From assembly GCA_000830275.1 (NCBI GenBank), contig CP010424.1, positions 300,001-332,000 on the forward strand: a stretch of 32,000 nucleotides of DNA, read 5' to 3'. The DNA is from an archaeon GW2011_AR10 (GTDB lineage: Archaea > Iainarchaeota > Iainarchaeia > Iainarchaeales > GW2011-AR10). Under the pieces are notes generated by a model, which saw only the letters and a list, made by a program, of their open reading frames with translations, was not told where the DNA came from and did no database searches. Every line of letters starts with the position of its first letter. Position 1 is the first letter of the stretch. Positions 1-7,700 of this stretch are shown here, one piece after another. The position numbers and the translations under genes are program-made.

Positions 1-704
1 TTCTCGGAAAAACCAAGCCAGCTGATGCGGGCTTTGACATCATTCATTTGAACCTGCATAAAACTTTTTCAACGCCGCATGGAGGCGGCGGTCCAGGAGC
101 AGGGCCGGTTGGCGTTACAAAAGAACTTGCAAGATTTTTGCCAAAGCCTCTTATTGAAAAGAAAGGCAACAGATTTGTGTTTGATTATTCTTCCAAGGAC
201 TCAATCGGAAAGGTCAAGGGCTTTTACGGGAACTTTGGGGTTTTAGTTAGGGCTTACACTTACATTAAATCGGTTGGCGGCAGCGGTCTTAAACGGGTTT
301 CAGAGAATGCGGTTTTGAATGCGAACTACCTTCTTGCTAGGCTCAAAAAAACGTATCACTTGCCTTACAATCGGTTTTGCCAGCACGAATTTGTTTTGGA
401 TGACAAAAACCTTGCAAATGGCGTAACCACGATGGATGTTGCAAAGCGTTTGTTGGATTATGGTTTTCACGCGCCAACAGTTTATTTTCCCCTTATTGTG
501 CACGGCGCGATAATGATTGAGCCAACGGAAACCGAAAGCAAGGAAACATTGGATGCTTTTGCCGAGGCAATGGAAAAAATTGTTTCAGAGGCAAAAGAAA
601 ACCCGGAACTAGTGAAAAATGCTCCCTCAAAAACAATTGTAGGAAGGCTTGACGCTGTCAAGGCTGCAAGGGAACCAATTCTTAAGTGGCAGCAGAAAAA
701 TTAA
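1..704 (+). CDS. gcvPB: Glycine dehydrogenase (aminomethyl-transferring) subunit 2, C-terminal part; the 5' end lies outside the window
   Basis: Frame 3 is open from the window edge ([38 protein letters not shown]...). The HLNLHKTF-x-PHGGGGPG block (PLP-lysine region) is characteristic of P-protein subunit 2. Stop TAA at 702-704. Confidence 0.9.
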   Translation, partial: LGKTKPADAGFDIIHLNLHKTFSTPHGGGGPGAGPVGVTKELARFLPKPLIEKKGNRFVFDYSSKDSIGKVKGFYGNFGVLVRAYTYIKSVGGSGLKRVSENAVLNANYLLARLKKTYHLPYNRFCQHEFVLDDKNLANGVTTMDVAKRLLDYGFHAPTVYFPLIVHGAIMIEPTETESKETLDAFAEAMEKIVSEAKENPELVKNAPSKTIVGRLDAVKAAREPILKWQQKN

Positions 705-1108
705 TTTTGCTTTCTTGACAAGTGTTTTGAGAGCCCGGGCAGAAGTTCTGAAAGTTTTTGAATTTGCCCCCTGATTTTTAGTGCGTCGTTTACTACACTT
801 CTTTCAGCAATGTTTCTTGAGGTATAATCATTAGTTATTTCAGCAAAATCTTGAAAAATGCCTTCTTGAATCCTTTTCCAATCTTCTCTTAGTTTTTTTA
901 ATTTCTCTTTTATGTTCCTTTGTTTTTTTGACGGATTTTTTTCCAGGAAATTTAGAGTATTATCCAAAAGCGCTTCCACTTCATATATTTCACTCATCAT
1001 TCTTGGGCATTTTTCCTCAAGGGCAATTAATTTAAGCCCTTTTTTAAGCGGCTGGTATCTTAGGGGTCTTTTATTTCCAAATCTTGCCAGAGGCCTGGGT
1101 AACACCAT
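701..1108 (-). CDS. Hypothetical small basic helical protein, paralog 1 of 3 (135 aa)
   Basis: ATG-started ORF with a TATA-like aaatttaaacc about 25 nt upstream on the minus strand. K/R/E-rich helical sequence. Shares the N-terminal basic peptide (RFGNKRPLR), a C-P dipeptide and the C-terminal LPGLSKHL motif with the next two ORFs. Confidence 0.6.
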   Translation of the reverse strand: MVLPRPLARFGNKRPLRYQPLKKGLKLIALEEKCPRMMSEIYEVEALLDNTLNFLEKNPSKKQRNIKEKLKKLREDWKRIQEGIFQDFAEITNDYTSRNIAERSVVNDALKIRGQIQKLSELLPGLSKHLSRKQN

Positions 1109-1199
1109 ACTAATCTAAGCCTGTCCAGGTTTAAATTTCTTCCTGTTTTTGTCCCAATTAATTTAAAGGTGGAGAGGAAGATAAATTAGTGCACTAAAC

Positions 1200-1706
1200 T
1201 TAATGCTGTTTTAGTTCTTTTGAAAGTTCAGGGTAACTTTTTAGCTCTTTTGAAAGTTCAGGGTAAAGGTGCTGTAGGTCACGCACCACTTCAACTGCTT
1301 TGGCAGTGAATTTTTTTACCCTGGCTTTTGTTTCCTTCACTCTCTGAGGATTCCCGAGCAGTTTTTCCCTTTTCTCCAGAATGCTTGCTTCCATGTTGGA
1401 TAGGCCTACAATTAGCGGAGTAATACTTGTTTCCAGAACCTCTTTTGCTTTCATTGCTCTAATTCTGGCATTTTTATCTACGGGCATTTTTTTCCCGCCT
1501 TTTTCCCGGAGGTGATGCGCCTTGACAATTTCTTTCTTGAAAATATCGTCAAAGAAAAACCATGTTTTATGCAATATCATTTCTGCCCTCTGCATTTCTG
1601 GCACTATCTCAGGGCAAATGCTGAGAAGCCGCCTTTTGCGTGTTTCAAAATCGGTCAGTTTTGTGGGCTTCCTTCTTCCAAATGGGGGCATTTTTCCTCT
1701 ATGCAT
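1200..1706 (-). CDS. Hypothetical small basic helical protein, paralog 2 of 3 (168 aa; alternative start at 1691 gives MPPFGRRKPTK...)
   Basis: ORF with N-terminal PPFGRRKPTK, ICPEIVPEMQRAEMIL, and the C-terminal YPELSKELK motif present twice because of a 30-bp in-frame duplication. A TATA-like aataaaaaaatagg lies upstream on the minus strand. Confidence 0.6.
   Translation of the reverse strand: MHRGKMPPFGRRKPTKLTDFETRKRRLLSICPEIVPEMQRAEMILHKTWFFFDDIFKKEIVKAHHLREKGGKKMPVDKNARIRAMKAKEVLETSITPLIVGLSNMEASILEKREKLLGNPQRVKETKARVKKFTAKAVEVVRDLQHLYPELSKELKSYPELSKELKQH
1210..1266. repeat. Tandem direct repeat, 2 x 27 bp with period 30 (1 mismatch), inside the 3' end of the 1200..1706 gene
   Basis: tttag(t/c)tcttttgaaagttcagggtaa occurs at 1210-1236 and 1240-1266. 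It is in frame and duplicates the peptide (Y)PELSKELK. Confidence 0.9.
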
Positions 1707-1721
1707 AACAAAAAACTTTTC

Positions 1722-2201
1722 CTATTTTTTTATTCCAAGAACAGTTTTTAATTTGGGAAATTGATTTGTTGCTATCCTAAGCTTTCTCTCAGCATCTGCT
1801 GTTAATTCTCTTGCGCGTGCTCTATCTTCGCGAATTAGATCCAATGTTCTTTGTTTTCTCCAAAGTAGTCCTTGTCTGGTATCAAGTGGTCTTCTGCCTA
1901 AATTATTCTCTACTTGCAGCATTAACTTGCTTATTTTGGTTAATTCTTCTTTCAATGCCAGTGCTGCATCAAGGCGTTTGGTATGGGGTTTTGCTTGATT
2001 AGGGCGAAATGGCTCTGCCGTTTGAACAGCAAGTCTTTTTTCTCGTTCAGCCACCTTGCCAAGCGCATGAATGGCCAACTCTAATTGTTCTTGTTTTTCA
2101 ATGAAATGGTGTCCTGTTACCGGGTGTTGCGTTCTGATGAACTTTTGCAGAAGGGTTTTATCAACTTTTGGCGTTCTTTTCCTCGGCGGGTTTTTAGGCA
2201 T
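1722..2201 (-). CDS. Hypothetical small basic helical protein, paralog 3 of 3 (ORF is open to a GTG at 2216; ATG at 2201 preferred, giving MPKNPPRKRTPK...)
   Basis: N-terminal PKNPPRKRTPK, H-P dipeptide followed by an E-rich helix, C-terminal FPKLKTVL. A TATA-like gaattaataatc lies about 30 nt upstream of the ATG on the minus strand. Confidence 0.55.
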   Translation of the reverse strand: MPKNPPRKRTPKVDKTLLQKFIRTQHPVTGHHFIEKQEQLELAIHALGKVAEREKRLAVQTAEPFRPNQAKPHTKRLDAALALKEELTKISKLMLQVENNLGRRPLDTRQGLLWRKQRTLDLIREDRARARELTADAERKLRIATNQFPKLKTVLGIKK

Positions 2202-2316
2202 AAATAATGAAGCCACTTGAGATTATTAATTCTTTTCCATCAGGTCAAATAAACCCGCAAAGCCCCACCAGGTTTATTGCTCAAATCTTTTAAGGGAATC
2301 GGGTGATAGTTTCTGT

Positions 2317-2604
2317 ATGCTTGGAAAATCAGTTTACAAGGTGCCTGATGGCAAGCTGCTGAAAATTTCCCTTGAGTTTCAAGGCGAAAAAATAATTTCA
2401 GTCAAAATCACTGGCGACTTTTTCCTTTACCCGGAGGAGGGCATCGAGGCAATAGAGAAAAGCCTTTCTGGAAAAAAACTTGACAGAAAATTGATTGCAG
2501 GAGAGGTGAGCAGGGCAGTGCAGAAAAACAGCATTGAATTGTTTGGCATTAGCGCTGAAGGAATAGCTGAAGGAGTCCTTCTTGCAGGAGGTGCAGCGAA
2601 ATGA
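2317..2604 (+). CDS. lplB: Lipoate-protein ligase C-terminal-domain protein (LplB-like accessory subunit), 95 aa
   Basis: KVPDGKLLKISLEFQGEKIISVKITGDFFLYPEEGIEAIEKSL resembles the LplA C-terminal domain (GDFF...P block). Its stop overlaps the lplA start (ATGA at 2601-2604). The arrangement matches the bipartite ligase known from Thermoplasma acidophilum. Confidence 0.7.
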   Translation: MLGKSVYKVPDGKLLKISLEFQGEKIISVKITGDFFLYPEEGIEAIEKSLSGKKLDRKLIAGEVSRAVQKNSIELFGISAEGIAEGVLLAGGAAK

Positions 2605-3359
2605 CTGAGTGGAGGCTGCTTGAAACAGGCTACAATGACGCTGCAACCAACATGGCAATTGACGAGGCAGTGATGAAGCACGCCGGTGAATTAGGCATTC
2701 CAACAGTTAGGTTTTATGCTTGGAAGCCTGCCGCAATTTCAATTGGCTACTTTCAGGGCATAAGGGAAGAGGTTGAACTCGGCAAGTGCAGAGAGCTCGG
2801 CGTGGATGTTGTGCGCAGAATAACGGGTGGCGGAGCAGTATTCCATGATGCTGAACTGACTTACAGTTTTGTCTGTTCCCAGGATTCAGGAATCTTGCCA
2901 AAAAACATTATTGACTCTTACAAAAAAATTTGCGGCTCGCTCATAATTGGCTTAAAGCACATTGGTCTTGAAGCAAGTTTTGTTCCACTGAACGACATTG
3001 CTGTTGCAGGGAAAAAAATTTCAGGCAACGCGCAGACAAGGAGAAGTGGAGCAATTTTGCAGCATGGCACAATTTTAATGGAAGTTGACGTTGACAAAAT
3101 GTTTTCATTGCTTTTAGTGCCGAATGAAAAACTGAAGGGAAAATTAATTGAGGACGTAAAGCAGCGAGTTACATCCCTTGAGCAGCAGAAAGGAAAAAAA
3201 ATCTCTTTTGGGCAGCTTTCCAGCGCACTGAGAAAAGGGTTTGAGGAAAACTTTGGAGTGAAGTTAAAGAAAGGCAAACTGGCAGCTGAAGAGAAATCGC
3301 TTGCCAAAGAGATAAGAGAAAACCAGTTTGCAGCAGAGCAGTGGAACTTTAAAAGATAA
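2601..3359 (+). CDS. lplA: Lipoate-protein ligase A, catalytic domain only (252 aa)
   Basis: BPL/LPL catalytic-domain motifs are present: ISIGYFQ, RRITGGGAVFHD-ELTYS, KISGNAQ (conserved lysine). GGAGGTG ribosome-binding site at 2588-2594. Confidence 0.85.
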   Translation: MTEWRLLETGYNDAATNMAIDEAVMKHAGELGIPTVRFYAWKPAAISIGYFQGIREEVELGKCRELGVDVVRRITGGGAVFHDAELTYSFVCSQDSGILPKNIIDSYKKICGSLIIGLKHIGLEASFVPLNDIAVAGKKISGNAQTRRSGAILQHGTILMEVDVDKMFSLLLVPNEKLKGKLIEDVKQRVTSLEQQKGKKISFGQLSSALRKGFEENFGVKLKKGKLAAEEKSLAKEIRENQFAAEQWNFKR

Positions 3360-3386
3360 CTGTTCAAATTCTTGATGTGATGTGGT

Positions 3387-4634
3387 ATGCCATTCAAGGT
3401 GAAAGATGAAAGCCTGGCAAAGCAGGGAGCACTGAACATTGAGTGGGCTGAAAGCCAGATGGGCTCGCTGCTTGAGATAAGGAAACGCTTTGAGAAAGAA
3501 AAACCTTTGAAGGGTTTGACTATTGGAATGGCGCTGCACGTTACAAAAGAGACAGCGGCACTGGTGAGAACACTTGAAACAGGAGGCGCCAAAGTATACA
3601 TAACTGGTTGTAATCCTTTGAGCACGCAGGATGATGTTGCTGCTGCACTTGCAAAAGCAGGCACAAATGTTTTTGCTCACAAGGGGGAAAGCAAGCAGGA
3701 ATATTATGAGTTCCTGAACAAGGTGCTTGATTCAAAACCTGATGTCACAATTGATGATGGTTGTGATTTGATTAGTGAAATACACAAGAACAGAACCAAT
3801 CTGCTTGATGAACTAAAAGTTGGAACTGAGGAAACCACGACAGGGGTTATCCGCTTGAAGGCAATGGAGAAGGATGGTGCATTAAAGTACCCGATTATTG
3901 CAGTTAACGACAGCAAAACAAAGCACCTGTTTGACAACTATTATGGAACCGGGCAAAGCACTCTTGACGGGATTCTTCGCGCAACCAACATTTTGTTTGC
4001 AGGAAAGAACGTTGTTGTATGCGGTTACGGCGAGTGCGGGAAAGGAGTTTCATCAAAGGCAAAAGGCCTTGGCAGCAATGTAATTGTAACTGAGGTTGAC
4101 CCTGTTAAGGCACTGCAGGCAAAAATGGATGGCTTCCGAGTAATGCCGATGGCTGAGGCAGCAAAGGCTGGCGATGTTTTCATTACTGTTACGGGCAACA
4201 GGCATGTCATTAGGACAGAGCACATGAAGCAAATGAAAAATGGTGCGGTTCTTGCGAATGCAGGGCACTTTGATGTGGAAATTGATGTTGCAGGCCTTGA
4301 AAAAGAAGCAAAGCAGAAGCGCAGAATAAGGCCTTTCCTTGACGAGTATGTTTTTGGCAATGGAAGAAAAATTTATTTGTGTGCTGAGGGAAGACTAGTG
4401 AATCTTGCTGCTGCTGAAGGGCACCCGAGCATTGTAATGGCTTTAAGTTTTTGCGGGCAGGCGCTTGCAGTTGAGTACGGCGTGAAGAATGATTTGAGGC
4501 CTGGCCTGCATGTTTTGCCTGAAAGCATTGACAGGCAAATAGCTGAGCTGCAGTTGAATGCTTTGGGAGTTGAATTTGATTCTCTCACAAGAGAGCAGAA
4601 AAAATACCTTTCTTCTTGGAAAGAGGGAACTTAA
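3387..4634 (+). CDS. ahcY: S-adenosyl-L-homocysteine hydrolase (adenosylhomocysteinase), 415 aa archaeal-length form
   Basis: FKVKD-SLA-QG...IEWAE-QM, HVTKETA, NDS-TKH-FDN-YG, and the NAD-binding GYG-CGKG motif. Full-length collinear resemblance to AhcY. Confidence 0.95.
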   Translation: MPFKVKDESLAKQGALNIEWAESQMGSLLEIRKRFEKEKPLKGLTIGMALHVTKETAALVRTLETGGAKVYITGCNPLSTQDDVAAALAKAGTNVFAHKGESKQEYYEFLNKVLDSKPDVTIDDGCDLISEIHKNRTNLLDELKVGTEETTTGVIRLKAMEKDGALKYPIIAVNDSKTKHLFDNYYGTGQSTLDGILRATNILFAGKNVVVCGYGECGKGVSSKAKGLGSNVIVTEVDPVKALQAKMDGFRVMPMAEAAKAGDVFITVTGNRHVIRTEHMKQMKNGAVLANAGHFDVEIDVAGLEKEAKQKRRIRPFLDEYVFGNGRKIYLCAEGRLVNLAAAEGHPSIVMALSFCGQALAVEYGVKNDLRPGLHVLPESIDRQIAELQLNALGVEFDSLTREQKKYLSSWKEGT

Positions 4635-4683
4635 CTATTGTTTCGGCAAACCTTTCTTCTTGGAAAGAGGGAACTTAACTATT
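4606..4683. repeat. Perfect 34-bp direct repeat (4606-4639 and 4650-4683, period 44) duplicating the ahcY 3' end including its stop codon
   Basis: acctttcttcttggaaagagggaacttaactatt occurs twice. Copy 1 contains the last 26 coding nt plus TAA (4632-4634). Copy 2 is non-coding and runs into a T6 tract (4682-4687). Confidence 0.95.
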
Positions 4684-4764
4684 TTTTATGCAAAGAAAGC
4701 TTATTATAGTACAAATTATTTATATTATGCGAATTCTTGAATTGGTTGCCATTGAGGTTTTTTT

Positions 4765-7700
4765 GTGGGAGTAATTGACTGGCTGAAACAGCTGTACTAT
4801 AAAGCTGAAGACAAGTATTATGAGTTTTTGGACAGGGTAAATGAACGCATCCCTATTTATGAGTTAACAGACAGGATTGACAAGGTTTTTCCCAGTTTCC
4901 TGCTTTTCCTGCTGCTTTTGCTTTTACTCTTTTTGCTGTTTTTGTGGCTTTTATGGGGCTTTTTGTTTCCGTTCCTTAACTTTGACAAGGAAGTAAGGTT
5001 TGTTGTGCTTGATGATGCCGGAGCAACGCTTTCAGGCAAAAAAGTGGATGTGTTGCATGACAAAGCAGAGGAAACTTTCACTAGTGATTCGTTTGGGGAA
5101 TTCAAGCTGACTGCAAGGGATTTGAACGTGCTGTTGCAGGTGAAGGAACCAGGCTATGAGCCTTACTCTGATGAAAGAACGGTTTCAGCTTCCGAGCTGA
5201 ACGAAATTGTGCTGACTGGAAGGCCGCCTGTCTTGTTCGAGAAAATAATTGAGGTAAGGAACCCTGAAGGAAATCCGATAGATGGGTCAAGCATGCGTTT
5301 CACTTGCAGCAGGAATTTTGCCGCGCCGAACCCTATAAGGACTGCCAAAAGCGAGGAAAGGATTTTTGTCAGCGAATACTGCGGCATTGTTTCAGTCATA
5401 GTGAACAAGGCAGGCTTCCAGCAAGCAGAAAAAACCCTGACTGCTGCAAGAACTGTTATAATCCTGCAGCCAATTGAGTTGCCGAAAGCAACTTTGAGGG
5501 TTGTTGTTAGGGACATAGAAACCAACAATGGCTTGCCGGAAATAACCCTAGGTATTTACGATGACCGAAATGCTCTCAAAGCACAGGGCATGAGTGACTC
5601 TTCCGGTGCAAAAATTTTTTCTCTTGAGCCAGGGAGCTATTTTGTTAAAGCGCGTGACAACAGGGATGCTCCATTGTATCAGAACAAGGATTCCGGTATT
5701 ATAAGCGTTGAAGTGGATGAAGAAACAACAGTTGAACTGCTGCTTTCAAAGCTGGAGGGCGAAGCAAAGCAGGTTTTGGTTAAGTTCATTGACAAGGCAA
5801 CAAAGGAACCTGTTAAGGGTGTGAGAACAACGCTGTTTGAGGACAGCGCTGAAATAGTGAGAAAGGTTTCCTCTTCTGAGGGGCTTGTTTCATTCATCAA
5901 TGTAACTCCTGGAAGAGAGTACGCTGTTACTGCCGTGCACCAAAATTATGTGTTCAGTTTAATCCAGAACCTGCCGGTTATAAGCAGGTCTTCCTCTAAT
6001 GCGACAGTGATTGAACTGGAAAAGGCAACTTCTGAAAACTCCGGCAACGTGATTGTAAGCGTTAAGAGTCTGGAGGGAAACGCTGTTGATGGTGCACAGG
6101 TTTACCTTTTCATGCATGACATTAATTTTTCTGTGAGAACTGCTTCAACTGATTCTGAGGGCATTGTCAGGTTTGAAAGAATGCCTCTTGGCTTCTACCA
6201 TGCAGCAGCCGAAAAACAGGGAGAGCGCGGAAACTCTGAAACAAAGGCATTGGTTGCCGGTTCTGACCTTTTGCTGGAAATAGTGCTGGTTTTGGCTGAA
6301 GGGTTTATGGAGGTTGAGGTTGTTGATGTTGGCAACAGGCCTCTTGAGGGAGCAAAAGTGGAGTTCGTTGATGCAGTGCACGGAAAACAGGGAGAGGCTT
6401 TAACTCTTGCAAACGGCAAAACCGAAAAAATTTCTTTCAAGTGGAATTTAAGACCATACCTTGTTGTAAGCAAGGAAGGATTCCTTCCAACAACAACTGT
6501 TTCATATGCGATTCTCCCGAGGCAGACAACTAAAGCGAAAGTTGTGCTGCGAACCACTGCTGACCTTGAGGATTTGAAGTGCGACGCTGAAAACAAGCTC
6601 TGCGTTGGCTTGGTTGGAATTCTGAGCAATGACAGAACAAGGAGAGCAGTAAGCTCTTTAACAAGCAACAAAGGCTACGTGCTTTTGTTTGAGATTGTTG
6701 CAGGGAGTGACTTGAACAACGTTGAGTCTGTTGTAAGAACAGGGTTTGAAGAAGAGTTGACTGCAGCTGAATCATTGGTTGTTATTGAGAGGCCGGTTGC
6801 GGCGCTTGCTTCAGCAGTGAAGTTTGACACTTATGATGCAAGCGACAACTACGCTGACTTAACCCCGACAAATGGCGATGGAAAGCAGGCAAAGTTTTCC
6901 TTCCATGACTTGAACAGGGGCATTTACAATTACGAGGTTGAAGTTTTCATCAAGAACACGGATGAGGAAAACGCTGAAATACAGTTAAGGTACGGCGCAA
7001 AAGGCGATGCCGCCACACAGCACATAGTTCTTCCTCCTGCTGGATTGTTCCTTGAAATTTTTTTCCTTGACACTCCGTTTCCCTGCGATGCTGTGCGAGC
7101 CGACTGCTACAATTTTCAATGGAGTTTTTCATTAACAAATCCTGATGGAAGGCACTTTTCTGGAGAAATCGAGTTAACTCCTGAGCAAGTTCAAATAGTA
7201 AGACAGGAATACAGTTATGAATTGACTGCAACTGTTTTCAACCAGCACCAGGAAAACAGGAGCTTCCAGAATGAGGAAATGACTTTTGAAAGCGTTGATG
7301 GGGCCATTGAGGCAAGCCCGGATTCAATTCCTGTAACGGGTTTTTTGCACGGAACATCATATAGTACTTCGGTTTCATTGCAGCCTCTTGTTGGAAGCAG
7401 TTCCAGTGATTTAAGGGTTTCATTGAACCTTAACGAGCGCGATGACACAGTTCAATTGCGCTTCATGGTTCCAGATCAGAACAAGCTTGCCTTGGCTTCA
7501 AGACCAAGTTTCATTACTGCTGGAGCGCCTGAAACAATTCTCATAATTGATGTCACAGATTCAGTTAACGGTCAGGCAGTTGCAGGGGCATTAGTGCAGT
7601 GGGATGACTCAGCAGAATTTAGTTCACCGGAGCCAGTGTTTGAAAATTCTTTGCTTGGAGCAGGAAGTTACACTTTAACTGTTCCAAGAAGGGAAATCGG

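Noticed and set aside
2248-2278. 8-bp AT-rich inverted repeat (aataaacc ... ggtttatt) in the divergent spacer upstream of lplB
   Set aside because: The stem is short and AT-rich with a 15-nt loop, which is expected by chance in AT-rich promoter DNA.
2918-3664. 248-aa minus-strand ORF (and 3264..3680) overlapping lplA and ahcY
   Set aside because: It is antisense to two genes with strong family motifs. The translation is S/F/C/L-rich low-complexity sequence typical of shadow ORFs. There are no start-site signals.
4558-4740. 60-aa ORF spanning the ahcY 3'-end duplication
   Set aside because: It overlaps the end of ahcY, is generated by the repeat and AT-rich promoter DNA, and has no start signals.
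4900-4965. ctg/ctt/ttg-rich low-complexity DNA that looks like a microsatellite
   Set aside because: It is in frame and encodes the poly-Leu/Phe transmembrane anchor of the giant protein, so it is not a non-coding simple repeat.
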